This document shows, in pieces, positions 18,716-30,052 of a stretch of 64,000 nucleotides of DNA. The stretch's first letter is position 1; the number at the start of each line of letters is the position of its first letter. Position numbers and translations under genes: made by a program. The notes under the pieces are model-generated. The model saw only the letters and a program-made list of their open reading frames with translations, did not search any database and was not told the DNA's origin. This stretch comes from an uncultured bacterium (lineage in GTDB: Bacteria; Oederibacteriota; JAAXVQ01; JAUVAV01). The DNA lies in contig CAVQBK010000013.1 of assembly GCA_963710755.1 (NCBI GenBank), positions 96,001 through 160,000 on the forward strand, read 5' to 3'.

Positions 18716-21220
18716 TTAATCTTCCTTCCCGCTATGGATAGCACCATAGGGATGGGCCGGGGATTTGACTTTCCCCAGGAAAAGGCGATGCAATTTATGT
18801 CCCAGTTCCAAATGACTATAAACACTCTTTTTCGCCCAATCTTCTATGAAGATCCAGACGATACAATAGCCCCAAATCAGACCAATGCTGCGCCAAGAAA
18901 TAGGCGCCATCAGGCCCAGGCCAAAGGCCACCAGCAGTGTGGCTAAAATTTTGGTTATGACGGCCGACCAAAAAAGCACGGCCGAAGGAAAAGGACGGCT
19001 AAAAAATGATTTTTTAGTGCGAGCAACAAAAAGGGTCAAATGCCCGGCTACCGCCAATTTGAGAAAAATAAAACTTTGTATTTGACTGTTATCCAACTTA
19101 AGCAGTTCCTTGGCAATGAGCAACAATCCGAAAGTCTCAACCACCCCGATCAATCCCAATACGGTGGACACGGTCAGCACGCGATCCATTTTCCAGCGTA
19201 CTGGTTTGGGATCAAGCCAGGTGTTGTCATAGGCAATGGACATAATCGGAAGATCATTGAAGAAGGCCAGTAAAATGATCATGACCGCGGTGATGGGATA
19301 AAAGTTAAAAACCAACATGGCCAGGACCACAAAAAACATAATCCGAATGGTCTCCGTAATGCGGTAAATGGCATAACTGTTCATGCGCTCAAAAATCTTA
19401 CGGGCTTCTTCCACAGCTCTAATGATAACCGAAAGTCCGGGGGCGGTCAGCACCAGGTCGGCCGCAGCTCGGGCGGCATCAGTGGCTCCGCTGACAGCGA
19501 CCCCATTTTCAGCCTGCTTAAGGGCCGGCGCGTCATTGACACCGTCACCGGTCATACCCACAATATGGCCGCGGCTTTGCAAGGCTTTCACAATCATATA
19601 CTTGTGTTCCGGGAAAACCTGGGCAAAGCCATCGGCTGCTTCCACGGCCTTGATTTGTTCCGCATCCAGGGTTTCGCCCTTTTTATCGCCAAAAAAATCT
19701 TCGGCGCGGAGAATATTGGTTCCCAATCCGATCTTGCCCGCAATTTCCGCGGCAATGGCCTTGTTATCACCAGTGACCATCTTAACCTTGATGCCGTGTT
19801 CGCCGGCCTTTTTGATGGTTTCTGCAGAATCATCGCGGGGTGGATCAAACAGTGGTATAATGCCCAAAAACTTCCAATGATCATCTTTCTCGCTGCGCGC
19901 CACGCCCAACGTGCGATACCCTTTTGAGGCCATCTCCTCGATAATTTTATCAGCCCGCTGCTGATCATCCTCTTTGAGTCCGCATAGCTTCATAATAACT
20001 TGGGGTGCGCCTTTGGTAACCCGGAATGTGTGCCCTTTTTCGCCCTTAACCGTGGCTTCCGTGCGTTTGTTAACCGGATCAAAGGGCACAAAATTTTGTT
20101 CTTCATAGGCTTTAAGCACCTTCTGGTCCTTGAGCCCGCCCAGCACCGCCAAATCAATGGCATCCTTATTTTCTGCTTTTGAAGCCAGCGCGGCATCCAA
20201 TAATAATTCATCTTCATTTTTGGCGCTGAATAAAACCAAGTCTCCCAAGGTCAATTGATTTTTAGTCAGGGTACCGGTTTTATCGGAGCACAAAATATCC
20301 ATGCCTGCCATTTCTTCAATGGATTCCAAGCGGGTTACAATAGCCTTGAGTTTGGATAGTACCCGGGACCCAATGGCCATGGTCACCGAGAGCACAGCCG
20401 GCATGGCCACGGGAATGGCCGCCACCACTAAAATCAGTACAAATTGCATAAGGGTCAGAAAATGCTCACCCCGGAACATCTGAACTAAAAGCAGAATAAC
20501 CGCCAGACCCAGGCTCAAATAAATCAGGTAATCGCCGATTTGTAACACCGCTTTCTGAAAATGAGAGACGGTCTTGGCTTCCGAAATCATCTCTGCGGTT
20601 TGGCCAAAATAAGTATCTTTGCCGGTGGCGGTGACCACGGCTACCATTTCGCCCTGTTTGACGACAGAACCGCTGTAGGCCATATCTTCCGGTTTTTTTT
20701 CCACCGGCAACGATTCCCCGGTCAAGGCCGACTGATCAATGTTCAAATAATCGCCCTCCGCCAACTTAACATCAGCCGGTACCACATCGCCTAAACGCAA
20801 ACGCACCACATCGCCGGGCACCAGCTCGTCGGCATCGATCTGCGACCATTCTTCATCCCGCTTCACCCTGGCCTTGAGCGCCAATTGCTTCTTCAGGGAA
20901 TCCACGGCATTGGCAGCCTGATGTTCCTGCCAGAACCCTACGACTGCATTAAAAACCAGCAAGACGCCGATGATAATAAAGTCATCCCATTGCCGTACCA
21001 CCGCCGAGAGAATGGCCGCTACTTCAATCATCCAGGGAATGGGTCCCCAAAAATAGCTGAGAAATTCCAAAAGGGTATTCTTTTTTTTCTCAATAATCGA
21101 ATTGGGGCCATAAGTGTCCAACCGCTTGCGTGCATCCTCAGTACTCAACCCCTTTTTGCTGGTCTCTAAAACTTTAAGAACCTCTTCCAGTGATTTGTTT
21201 TTGGCTTCCTTGCTGTCCAT
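18716..21220 (-). CDS. Plasma-membrane proton-efflux P-type ATPase (P3A)
   Basis: FWGPIPWMIE, TGES, IPVAMPAV, CSDKTGTLT, KGAP, GDGVNDAPAL, IFERMNSY. Confidence 0.93.
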   Translation of the reverse strand: MDSKEAKNKSLEEVLKVLETSKKGLSTEDARKRLDTYGPNSIIEKKKNTLLEFLSYFWGPIPWMIEVAAILSAVVRQWDDFIIIGVLLVFNAVVGFWQEHQAANAVDSLKKQLALKARVKRDEEWSQIDADELVPGDVVRLRLGDVVPADVKLAEGDYLNIDQSALTGESLPVEKKPEDMAYSGSVVKQGEMVAVVTATGKDTYFGQTAEMISEAKTVSHFQKAVLQIGDYLIYLSLGLAVILLLVQMFRGEHFLTLMQFVLILVVAAIPVAMPAVLSVTMAIGSRVLSKLKAIVTRLESIEEMAGMDILCSDKTGTLTKNQLTLGDLVLFSAKNEDELLLDAALASKAENKDAIDLAVLGGLKDQKVLKAYEEQNFVPFDPVNKRTEATVKGEKGHTFRVTKGAPQVIMKLCGLKEDDQQRADKIIEEMASKGYRTLGVARSEKDDHWKFLGIIPLFDPPRDDSAETIKKAGEHGIKVKMVTGDNKAIAAEIAGKIGLGTNILRAEDFFGDKKGETLDAEQIKAVEAADGFAQVFPEHKYMIVKALQSRGHIVGMTGDGVNDAPALKQAENGVAVSGATDAARAAADLVLTAPGLSVIIRAVEEARKIFERMNSYAIYRITETIRIMFFVVLAMLVFNFYPITAVMIILLAFFNDLPIMSIAYDNTWLDPKPVRWKMDRVLTVSTVLGLIGVVETFGLLLIAKELLKLDNSQIQSFIFLKLAVAGHLTLFVARTKKSFFSRPFPSAVLFWSAVITKILATLLVAFGLGLMAPISWRSIGLIWGYCIVWIFIEDWAKKSVYSHLELGHKLHRLFLGKVKSPAHPYGAIHSGKED

Positions 21221-21241
21221 AAGCGCCTCCCCTTTCCCGAC

Positions 21242-22600
21242 TTAAGATACAACGGCCATCCGTTGGTCCATATGCTTGATGGCGTTCAAAATCCCTTTTT
21301 TCATTTCTTCCAATTCGCTGTCCGTGGAAGCTTCCATATTCAGCCGTAGCACTGACTCTGTGTTGGAAGCCCGCAGATTGAACCACCACGAACTAAAGGT
21401 GACCGTTAAGCCGTCAAGCAAGTCTGTTTTTTCCTTTTGATAATGTTCTTCGAACAGTTTAAAGACACGCTGCTTATCGGTAACTTTGATATTGATCTCG
21501 CCGCTCTTAAAATATTTCTGCAACGGTTTGATCAGCTGGGAAACCGGTTGCCTTTTCAAAGCCAACAAGTTGAGCATTTGGATCATGGCAAAAACCGCAT
21601 TGTCCGTAAATCCAGTGGTTCTGAAATAATAATGACCTGACAATTCTCCTGCGAAAAGAGCGTTGGTCTCCCGCATGCGTGCTTTGATAAAAGAATGCCC
21701 CACCCTACACCGTTCCGCATGTCCGCCGGCTTGGCTAATGGTTTCCGGTACCGTATGGGAAGAACGCAAATCATAGAGAATAGTGGCGCCCGGTTCCTGG
21801 GGAAGCAGGGATTGGGCAATCAAAGCCGTGACCAAGTCCTCCGGTATACGCCGGCCTTGTTCGTCCACAAATCCGCAGCGGTCCGCATCTCCGTCAAAAG
21901 CCACCCCCAGATCAGCTTTTTCTTTAACCACTCTGGCCTGCAAATCTTCGGTGTTGGCTTCAATAAGGGGATTGGCCACATGATGGGGGAAATGGCCATC
22001 GGGATGCATATACATAGCGGTTAAACGCCAGGCCGGCACCTTTTTAAAGAGCGCTGCAATTTCATCGCCCGCCATGCCATTGCCCGCATCCACCACAATA
22101 TGCAGTGGTACAGGCTGATGGACAAAAGTGGCCAGGTCCTCAACATAACGGTTCGAAGGTTTTTCTTTGACCAAGTTGCCCATCTTGGCAGGTTCAGCTG
22201 CAGGCGTATCGGCTTGCACCAGGCGTTCAATCTCCGGCAGGCCATGATCTCCGCTCAACGGAATGGCATTCTCCCGGCATAATTTAAAGCCATTGATGGC
22301 AGCCGGCAGATGGGAAGCCGTGACCATGGCCCCGCCGTCAAAATGGCCTTCACCAATGGCATGATAAAGCCGGGGCGTCGTGACCATGCCGATATCCGTC
22401 ACCTCTGCCCCGGCCTGGAGCGCCCCTTCGATAAAGGCACGAGCCAACCCCGGCGACGACAGCCGCATGTCCCGGCCCACCACGATGGTTCTGGCCTTCA
22501 AATATCGTACATAAGCGCCGCCGATTTTTCGGGCCAGACCCTCATTGAGTTCTTCGGGATAAGCACCCCTGATATCATAAGCTCTGAAAATGTTGCTCAT
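21242..22600 (-). CDS. Phosphomannomutase/phosphoglucomutase
   Basis: FRAYDIRG, TASH, DGDADR, GELSGH. Confidence 0.93.
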   Translation of the reverse strand: MSNIFRAYDIRGAYPEELNEGLARKIGGAYVRYLKARTIVVGRDMRLSSPGLARAFIEGALQAGAEVTDIGMVTTPRLYHAIGEGHFDGGAMVTASHLPAAINGFKLCRENAIPLSGDHGLPEIERLVQADTPAAEPAKMGNLVKEKPSNRYVEDLATFVHQPVPLHIVVDAGNGMAGDEIAALFKKVPAWRLTAMYMHPDGHFPHHVANPLIEANTEDLQARVVKEKADLGVAFDGDADRCGFVDEQGRRIPEDLVTALIAQSLLPQEPGATILYDLRSSHTVPETISQAGGHAERCRVGHSFIKARMRETNALFAGELSGHYYFRTTGFTDNAVFAMIQMLNLLALKRQPVSQLIKPLQKYFKSGEINIKVTDKQRVFKLFEEHYQKEKTDLLDGLTVTFSSWWFNLRASNTESVLRLNMEASTDSELEEMKKGILNAIKHMDQRMAVVS

Positions 22601-22614
22601 ACCGATTACCTCCC

Positions 22615-23667
22615 TTACGCCACGGTAACTTCTTTTTCCAAAAAAACATCCTGAATGGTGTGGAGCAATTCCACCCCGTCATCCATGGGACGCTGAAAAG
22701 CTTTCCTTCCCGAAATCAGACCCATGCCCCCGGCACGTTTGTTAATCACCGCGGTTTTCACTGCTTGTTGCAGATCATTGGACCCGGAAGCGCCGCCTGA
22801 ATTAATTAAGCCGGCCCGGCCCATGTAACAATTGGCCACTTGGTAACGGGTAAGGTCAATGGGATGATCAGAGGTTAAATGATCATAAACGAGCGGACTG
22901 GTTTTGCCAAACCCGATGGCTGTAAAGCCGCCATTGGTGGTAGGCTGTTTTTGTTTGATAATATCGGCTTCAATGGTTACGCCCAAATGGTTGGCCTGGC
23001 CCGTCAAATCAGCGGCTGTACTGTAGTCCACTTTGTTTTTAGTGAAACTTTCATTGCGCAGATAACACCACAACACGGTGAACATCCCCAATTGATGGGC
23101 TGCTTCAAAGGCCTGGCTTATTTCTTCCAGCTGACGCCGCGACTCGGTGGAGCCAAAGTAGATGGTGGCCCCTATGCCCACAGCGCCCATGTCGAAGCCC
23201 TGATCCACTGAGGCAAAAAGCCGCTGATCATAGGAATTGGGATAGCTGAGCAGTTCGTTGTGATTGATTTTTAATATAAAAGGGATTTTGTGAGCATAAC
23301 GGCGGGAAAGGGATCCCAGGACCCCCAAGGTGGATGCCACCGCATTGCAGCCGCCTTCGACGGCCAGTTTAACTATATTTTCAGGATCAAAATAAATGGG
23401 GTTGGGTGCAAACGCCGAGCCCGCCGAATGCTCAATACCTTGGTCTACCGGTAGAATGGAAAGATAACCTGTACCTGCGAGCCGGCCATGGTTGAACATC
23501 GCATTCAGGTTGCGCAATACAGCTGGCGGCCGGTCGGAGCCGATCCAGACTTTATCCACAAAATCCGGGCCCGGTAAATGAAGATGATTTTTGGTAATGT
23601 GAGTACACTCATGTTCCAGCAAATCATTGGCATCCTTTCCCAAAATAGAAGCAATTTTATCAATCAT
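22615..23667 (-). CDS. fbaB: Class I fructose-bisphosphate aldolase (DhnA/FbaB type)
   Basis: [33 protein letters not shown]. Confidence 0.95.
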   Translation of the reverse strand: MIDKIASILGKDANDLLEHECTHITKNHLHLPGPDFVDKVWIGSDRPPAVLRNLNAMFNHGRLAGTGYLSILPVDQGIEHSAGSAFAPNPIYFDPENIVKLAVEGGCNAVASTLGVLGSLSRRYAHKIPFILKINHNELLSYPNSYDQRLFASVDQGFDMGAVGIGATIYFGSTESRRQLEEISQAFEAAHQLGMFTVLWCYLRNESFTKNKVDYSTAADLTGQANHLGVTIEADIIKQKQPTTNGGFTAIGFGKTSPLVYDHLTSDHPIDLTRYQVANCYMGRAGLINSGGASGSNDLQQAVKTAVINKRAGGMGLISGRKAFQRPMDDGVELLHTIQDVFLEKEVTVA

Positions 23668-24320
23668 AATAGGCCTCCCTTTCTATACCTGTAATTAATT
23701 ACGACTATTCTTTATTACGAACCGGTCTTGCCACTTGATCAGCCTTGTTCTTTATAGCTTTACTGCCTGGGGCTTTAAAACGCTTACCATTTAATTCATA
23801 ATTGATGGACACCGTTTTTTATGATACCAGTTGAATTCATCGCCAAACAACATTTGCCGGCACAACGCGCCAGGACAATGAGCCCAAAAAAGCAGATCCA
23901 ATCAGAAAGTAAAGAGGCGAAGGCAACTACAATCAGGAACTACAGGGAAGGAATGGATGAAATTTTGTAATAAAAGATCCGTAAGATCGGAAATCTATTG
24001 GCGTGGAAAAAGCAGGTTGTCTGCACCGGCTTGCAATATCTGGAGGTTCGATTTGGCGAAACACGTTAGTTGCCCCCTTTACACTTTGATTGGAACAACC
24101 TGTTATGCTACCAACAACTTCATCCCGTCGGTTTGACGTGAACCATTACCACCATGTCACTTCCGGAAATTGCTGTCAAGATAAAATAATAATGGGCTTT
24201 GTCTTAAAAGCCGAATTTACTCGCAACCAGCAAGCTGGATGGTGATCTCAACGCCGGATAGTTTATGTTGCGGAATTTAAAAGCTTCGATTTTTAAAGAT
24301 ACGAAGCTCTTTTCATTATG

Positions 24321-24412
24321 GTCATTCCGGCAAGTTCTTAGTCGAAAACCAGGGATTTTATAAGCTGTAAATCAAACCATTCGGCCCCCGCCTAAACGAT
24401 ACCGGGGTGATG
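24321..24412. repeat. Degenerate REP-like palindromic element (GTCATTCCGGC...GGGGTGATGA type)
   Basis: Two-hairpin layout; related to ggattccggctaaaaccgtgccggaaggac at 60-89. Confidence 0.35.
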
Positions 24413-24467
24413 ATCAAAACGTCTTTTCACTACCAGAATTAGACTAGCGGCATCTGGAATACTGCTT

Positions 24468-26447
24468 TTACTCATACCGCAAGGCTTCAATGGGATTAAG
24501 ATTGGCGGCTTTGCGTGCCGGCCATAGACCGAAAACCAGACCCACCAGAATGGAAAACAGAGTTACCATTAACACCGCCGGTGCGGAGACGCTGACTACC
24601 CATCCGGTAAAAAGTGTCAGCAACAGCGCCAGGGACACGCCAATGACGATTCCCATCAGCCCGCCAAACACGGTCATGACCATGGCCTCAATCAAAAACT
24701 GCAGCATAATGTCTTTTTGCCGGGCACCTATGGCCTTGCGCAAGCCGATCTCCCTGGTTCTTTCCGTGACCGACACGAGCATGATGTTCATAATACCAAT
24801 GCCTCCTACCAGCAGCGAGATGGCGGCAATACAGCCCAGCAGCAAGGTCATGGTTTTGGTAACCCCTTCCAGCGCCTGCTGAATCTCAGCCATGTTGCGG
24901 ATGGAGAAGGCGTCTTCCTCATCTTCTTCCCGTACCTTGTGTCGTTTCACCAGTAAACTTTGTATATTATCTTCAGCCTGGTCCATATAATGCAGATCGT
25001 CGATCTCCACATCAAAGGAATCCACATACTGCTTACCCAGCAAGCGGTACATGGCTGTGGTCACCGGCATCACAATAGTGTCATCCTGATCACCGCCAAA
25101 GCCGCTCCCTTTTTCAGGAAGGATACCGATAACCAAAAATTGAATGCGGTTGATTTTAATAATTTTTCCCACTGGGTCCTGGTCGCCGAATAATTCGTTA
25201 ACCACGGTTTTGCCTAACACCGCCACCCGCGATCGGTCCTTTATTTCCTTGGCCGAAAAATACCGGCCTACCGTAGGCTGGGCGGAACGCATTTCAGCAT
25301 AATCCAGCCCCTGTCCCCGAACCGTGGTGTTCCAGTTTTTATTGCGATACACCACCTGGGCCCGTCCGGCGACGCTGGGCGAAATCCTCTTGATATGAGG
25401 CAATTTGGCCATGGCTTCACCATCAAGCAGGGTAAAACGGGTCACGGCCCCGGCCTGCTGGGCCACGCCGCCGCGGTGAAACCCACCGGAGCGCACACTA
25501 AGCAAATTGGTCCCCAGCGAAGCCATGCGCTCGCGCATGGATACTTCCGCGCCTTTGCCCAAGGCCAGCATGGCAATCACCGAGGCCACACCGATAAGGA
25601 TGCCAAGTATAGAAAGGAAAGAACGCATTTTGTTGCTGATCAGGGACTGAAATCCCTGGCGCAAATTCTCACCGATTTCAGCCAAAAAGAGCTTACTTTT
25701 TTCCGAACCAGCGGAATCAACGTCCGCGGCCGGTTTTTGTGTGCCAGCTGTCGGAGCCTTTTTCTTCACCTGCTCGTCGGAAAGGATATAGCCATCACGC
25801 ATAACGATAATCCGGCTGGCCCGTTCCGCCAGTTCCCGCTCATGAGTGACCATCACAATGGTCTTGCCCTGAGCATGGAGCTGATGCAGAATGTCCATAA
25901 TTTCTGTTTCACTTTTAGAATCCAGATTGCCTGTAGGCTCATCGGCAAAAATAATGGGCGGGTCATTAACCAAGGAGCGCGCAATGGCCACCCGTTGTTG
26001 TTGTCCTCCCGAGAGTTCATTGGGACGGTGATACTTTCTTTCCCCCAGTCCCACTTGCTCCAACCGCTGCGCCGCTTTTTCCATTAGATGATCGTTCTGT
26101 CCATAAATCAGCGGCAGGGCCACATTTTGCAAGGCCGACATGCGTGGCAGCAAATGAAACTGCTGAAACACAAAACCCGCATGCTGGTTGCGCAAAGCGG
26201 CCAAGCGGTCCGTACTTAATTGGGAGACGTCATTACCCAATAAAAAATACTGCCCTTCATCGGGACGGTCCAACAGGCCTAAAATATGCAGCATGGTGGA
26301 TTTGCCCGACCCTGACGGTCCCATAATGGCCACGAATTCATTGGCTCTAATCTGCAGGGAAACCTGTTGCATGGCGCGCACTTCACTCCCGCCAATGCGG
26401 TAGGTTTTGGAAACGTTTTTTAATTCAACAATGATATTGTTTTTCAT
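24468..26447 (-). CDS. macB: MacB-type ABC transporter (ATPase + permease)
   Basis: [45 protein letters not shown]. Confidence 0.93.
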   Translation of the reverse strand: MKNNIIVELKNVSKTYRIGGSEVRAMQQVSLQIRANEFVAIMGPSGSGKSTMLHILGLLDRPDEGQYFLLGNDVSQLSTDRLAALRNQHAGFVFQQFHLLPRMSALQNVALPLIYGQNDHLMEKAAQRLEQVGLGERKYHRPNELSGGQQQRVAIARSLVNDPPIIFADEPTGNLDSKSETEIMDILHQLHAQGKTIVMVTHERELAERASRIIVMRDGYILSDEQVKKKAPTAGTQKPAADVDSAGSEKSKLFLAEIGENLRQGFQSLISNKMRSFLSILGILIGVASVIAMLALGKGAEVSMRERMASLGTNLLSVRSGGFHRGGVAQQAGAVTRFTLLDGEAMAKLPHIKRISPSVAGRAQVVYRNKNWNTTVRGQGLDYAEMRSAQPTVGRYFSAKEIKDRSRVAVLGKTVVNELFGDQDPVGKIIKINRIQFLVIGILPEKGSGFGGDQDDTIVMPVTTAMYRLLGKQYVDSFDVEIDDLHYMDQAEDNIQSLLVKRHKVREEDEEDAFSIRNMAEIQQALEGVTKTMTLLLGCIAAISLLVGGIGIMNIMLVSVTERTREIGLRKAIGARQKDIMLQFLIEAMVMTVFGGLMGIVIGVSLALLLTLFTGWVVSVSAPAVLMVTLFSILVGLVFGLWPARKAANLNPIEALRYE

Positions 26448-26454
26448 TTTAACC

Positions 26455-27441
26455 TTAATGCCGGTTTCCCCGGCCTCGCCTCATGTTGGGCATAAAGGGA
26501 TTCTGACCTTGCCGGCCATTGGAGGACCCACTCTTGGTTTGCACAAAATTATCACCGGGGATCACCACCACATCATCGGGTGATAAGCCTTGAGTAATTT
26601 CCACATCCGTTAAATTGGTGATGCCTGTTTGCACCCAGCGCCGTTCAAAGGGTCTGTCGCCATTGGTCTTGACCAGGACAAAACTGCGGTCATTTTTCTG
26701 TTTTAACGCCCGCACCGGAATAATCACAGCCTGCTCCTTGCGCGCCTTGATAATCTCAATGTTGGCACTCATACCCGAACGAAAGACCGCCGGCACTTGG
26801 TCAGGTATAATTTCCACCTGATAAGTGGTCACATTATTGACCACCGTGGATTCATAGGAAATATGGTCCACCACGCCTTCGGCACGCACATCCGGATAGG
26901 CATCAAGCTCAATCGTGGCTTGTTGCCCCACCTTGACGCTACCAATATCAGTTTCATCCACATCCGCTTTTACCATCAAGCGGTCGGAGAGCACGAACAG
27001 CACATCATTGCTGGTGACGGTTTGACCCGGTTCTATGTTACGCACGATCACATTGCCTGTAATAGGGGCAATGATGGGTGTGGCCTTATAGGCTTCTTCC
27101 CAGTAGGATAATTCCTTGGGCGCCTGCAGACGGGCTGCGTCCAAAAGCGCGGCTCTTTCCGTGGAACTCATGAGCGCCAAAATTTGGCCCTTGTTCACGC
27201 GATCCCCTTCCTTGACCAGAATCTTTTCCATCCGCCCGCCGATGGGTGGTTTGATTTCCAAACGGTTTTGCGGCGCCACGGTGCCGGTGGTGGAAACCGT
27301 GGACATGATGGTGCCCACTTCCGGTTTGATTTCCTCCAATTGTACCTTGGTTTGGCTGGGGGTAAGTTTTTTCCATAAGCCCAGCCCCAGCAAAGCCAGG
27401 ACCACCAAACTTATGGTGATGATTACGTTACGTTTATTCAT
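26455..27441 (-). CDS. macA: MacA-type periplasmic adaptor subunit
   Basis: N-terminal TM, lipoyl halves, VDETDIG, RSGMSA. Confidence 0.85.
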   Translation of the reverse strand: MNKRNVIITISLVVLALLGLGLWKKLTPSQTKVQLEEIKPEVGTIMSTVSTTGTVAPQNRLEIKPPIGGRMEKILVKEGDRVNKGQILALMSSTERAALLDAARLQAPKELSYWEEAYKATPIIAPITGNVIVRNIEPGQTVTSNDVLFVLSDRLMVKADVDETDIGSVKVGQQATIELDAYPDVRAEGVVDHISYESTVVNNVTTYQVEIIPDQVPAVFRSGMSANIEIIKARKEQAVIIPVRALKQKNDRSFVLVKTNGDRPFERRWVQTGITNLTDVEITQGLSPDDVVVIPGDNFVQTKSGSSNGRQGQNPFMPNMRRGRGNRH

Positions 27442-28708
27442 ATGGCAAACCCTCTCCCTTGGTTTGAAGCCAAGCGGCTTCGGCCGACCACATGGCGGCC
27501 TTTGAATTTAAATATGATTTTTGCGTGCTTACCAAACGGTCTTCGATAATGGACCAGTCATCAAAAGAAATCAAGCCGCTCGAATATTGGGCATTGGCAA
27601 TTTTTCCCCGTGCCAGTGCTGCTTGTAAATATTTATCCTGCACTTCATAAATACCCAGGGCGTCCTGAAGAGCGTTCCAATCCTGTTGCAGGGCTACCTG
27701 CACTGAAGTGCTGATATTTTGTAGGTCATTTTCCGCCTGACTCAGGCCTGCTTGAGCTCGGGCAATGGCCCCCATGCGGCTGCCGCCGCTAAAAAGCGGC
27801 AAAGAAAGGCTCAGCCCGGCGCTGGCATGTTTTTCCTCAGGAAACCAGTGATCATCGGAAAGCCCGGCGGAAAGACTGAGCGCCAGACTGGGATAAAGGG
27901 AGCCATACACAGACTTAAGCTGCCAGCGGGTGCCGGTCAGATCAGCCCCGGCGCCTTTCACCAAGGGGGTAAGGCTAGCCATGGCCTGAAAATCTGGTAT
28001 GGCTTCCGTTTTTTCCGGTTTCGTAAACTCCCCTTGGATTTGAAATTCTGTGGACGTCAGTCCCAATTGCCTGGCCAACGCCCGCTTGGCCAGCTCATTG
28101 GCCCGGTGCGCTTGTCGAACTTCAAACTGGGCCTGGGCCAAATCGGCTTGCGCCGTTAACAATGCCCCAATATGTTCGCGACCGGCGTCATAACGCAATT
28201 TCACCATACCCAGATTCTGTTCCCGCCGGCTGGCAATGTTTTCAGTGATGGTAATCAGCTCCATGCTCTTCAGCAACCCGATATAGGCCTGTCTTAAGTC
28301 GTAACGTACCTGGGCTGAAGTCTGGTTAAATTGACTGGTGGCTTTGGTCAACTGGGCCTGGGCCTGACCTACCGCGGCCGGGGTCTGCAGTCCGTCAAAG
28401 ATCGTCTGTCGGGCGGAAACAGAGGCGGAAAAATTGTTGGACTCCACGTTTTCCAAATCACCGCTTTTCTGTACAGAGGCATTTAAATCCAATTGTGGAT
28501 ACCAGTTGCTGTAGGCAATGGTTAAATTGGCCTTGGCTTGTTGCAGCCGGTTGTAGGCGGATTTCATGTCCCAATTGGTTTTCATGGCCTGTTGCACACA
28601 ATCGTCCCAGGATAAAATTTGCTGGCCATAAACTGGCAGGCTTAGAAGGGGGCCTGCCAGTAGGGTTGCGGCCAACAACAAAAAGGCGTGCTTTGCTTTC
28701 ATGGTCAA
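27434..28708 (-). CDS. TolC family protein
   Basis: Signal peptide and OEP repeats; overlaps macA. Confidence 0.85.
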   Translation of the reverse strand: MTMKAKHAFLLLAATLLAGPLLSLPVYGQQILSWDDCVQQAMKTNWDMKSAYNRLQQAKANLTIAYSNWYPQLDLNASVQKSGDLENVESNNFSASVSARQTIFDGLQTPAAVGQAQAQLTKATSQFNQTSAQVRYDLRQAYIGLLKSMELITITENIASRREQNLGMVKLRYDAGREHIGALLTAQADLAQAQFEVRQAHRANELAKRALARQLGLTSTEFQIQGEFTKPEKTEAIPDFQAMASLTPLVKGAGADLTGTRWQLKSVYGSLYPSLALSLSAGLSDDHWFPEEKHASAGLSLSLPLFSGGSRMGAIARAQAGLSQAENDLQNISTSVQVALQQDWNALQDALGIYEVQDKYLQAALARGKIANAQYSSGLISFDDWSIIEDRLVSTQKSYLNSKAAMWSAEAAWLQTKGEGLPYE

Positions 28709-28885
28709 TAATCCTTTATGGAGGTTGATGCCCGGTCGGTTTAACGGCCCGGATGTGCTTTAATCGACATCTCTAACATTTATTGAGATATGCCGGTTCT
28801 AGTAAAAAAGTTGCATTTTATTTTCTATAAAATTCCGCACCTGCCAGGATTTGGATCGATCGTCCTGTTAGTTTGCTATGGTCTT

Positions 28886-29110
28886 CTATTTGAAACGGTT
28901 GATGAGATATAAAACAAGACTGATCAACAGGCTCAGCAGCAGGCTGGTACCCAAAGGGATATACAGTTTAACATGTTCATTTTCAATAAAAACATCACCA
29001 GGCAAGTGCCCTAGGAAGGGGATTTTAAAACCCGATTTTAAAATTAAGCCAATGACCACAAGGAACAGGCCTAATATAATTAGCATTTTCCCCCAAGATG
29101 AAAATGGCAT
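28886..29110 (-). CDS. DUF2905 family small membrane protein
   Basis: GHLPGD...YIPLGTSLLLS motif. Confidence 0.85.
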   Translation of the reverse strand: MPFSSWGKMLIILGLFLVVIGLILKSGFKIPFLGHLPGDVFIENEHVKLYIPLGTSLLLSLLISLVLYLINRFK

Positions 29111-29231
29111 TGATGCTCCTCCTCATATGCTGTGCCAACCGGCGTATTATCTCAAATTGTATTGGCCATCTCAAGCACCATCCCAATCCGAGCCCATGTT
29201 GTCCAACGTTTGTTACCGTCTGAGTTAAATC

Positions 29232-29260
29232 TTGCCATTCTGCTGATCATGTTTCATAAT
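29232..29260 (+). promoter_or_regulatory. Sigma-70-like promoter for the dedA-family gene
   Basis: TTGCCA-N17-CATAAT. Confidence 0.5.
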
Positions 29261-29287
29261 CACCTATTCTTTTAACCAGGGGATAAC

Positions 29288-29854
29288 ATGTTAGCGACCT
29301 TAATTGCCAATTATGGCTATTTGGCGATCTTTGTGGGCACCTTTTTTGAAGGGGAAACCATTTTGATTTTGGGTGGCTTTGCAGCTCATCGCGGGTACCT
29401 CTATTTGCCCTTTGTCATTTTGCTTTCTTTCTTGGGGGCCACGGCAGGTGATCAATTTTACTATTTTTTAGGACGCCACCATAAGTTACCTTGGTTTTTA
29501 AAGAAACCGTCCTGGCAACCGCAAATCGATAAAATCCAACAGTGGCTGCATAAAATCAAAATCCCTCTGATCATTGGATTTCGATTCTTTTATGGCTTTC
29601 GTACCCTCACCCCTTTTGTTATAGGCATGAGCGGTATTCGTCCCCGTATTTTCATTCCGCTGAATATACTTGGTGCCTTGCTCTGGTCTACCACTTTTGG
29701 AGTACTCGGCTATCTCTTCGGTACGGTTTTGGAAAAGTTGTTTAAAAACATAAGACATTATGAACGTGAAGTTTTTTTCGGCATTCTCATACTCAGCTTG
29801 GCAGTCGGGGTTACCTTTTCCTTGGTAAAACGTTGGCGTGCTCACCATCATTAA
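29288..29854 (+). CDS. DedA family protein
   Basis: FFEGET, GDQFYYFLGR, RFFYGFR. Confidence 0.9.
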   Translation: MLATLIANYGYLAIFVGTFFEGETILILGGFAAHRGYLYLPFVILLSFLGATAGDQFYYFLGRHHKLPWFLKKPSWQPQIDKIQQWLHKIKIPLIIGFRFFYGFRTLTPFVIGMSGIRPRIFIPLNILGALLWSTTFGVLGYLFGTVLEKLFKNIRHYEREVFFGILILSLAVGVTFSLVKRWRAHHH

Positions 29855-30052
29855 TTCTATTTCTCCACATAACTCACTTAGCCGCTCCTTCCCTGTTCGG
29901 GGTAAAAGATCAGCAAAAAGCGGCAAGGGCTGGTTTCTTATACGGCCCATGATCTTTAAAGTTAAATTATCCTATTGATCCAAAAGCTGAGGACACTCTT
30001 ACCCTCATTTACCTCGCCGTACCTTGGCTCTAATATCCAAGGAGGCCCTATC

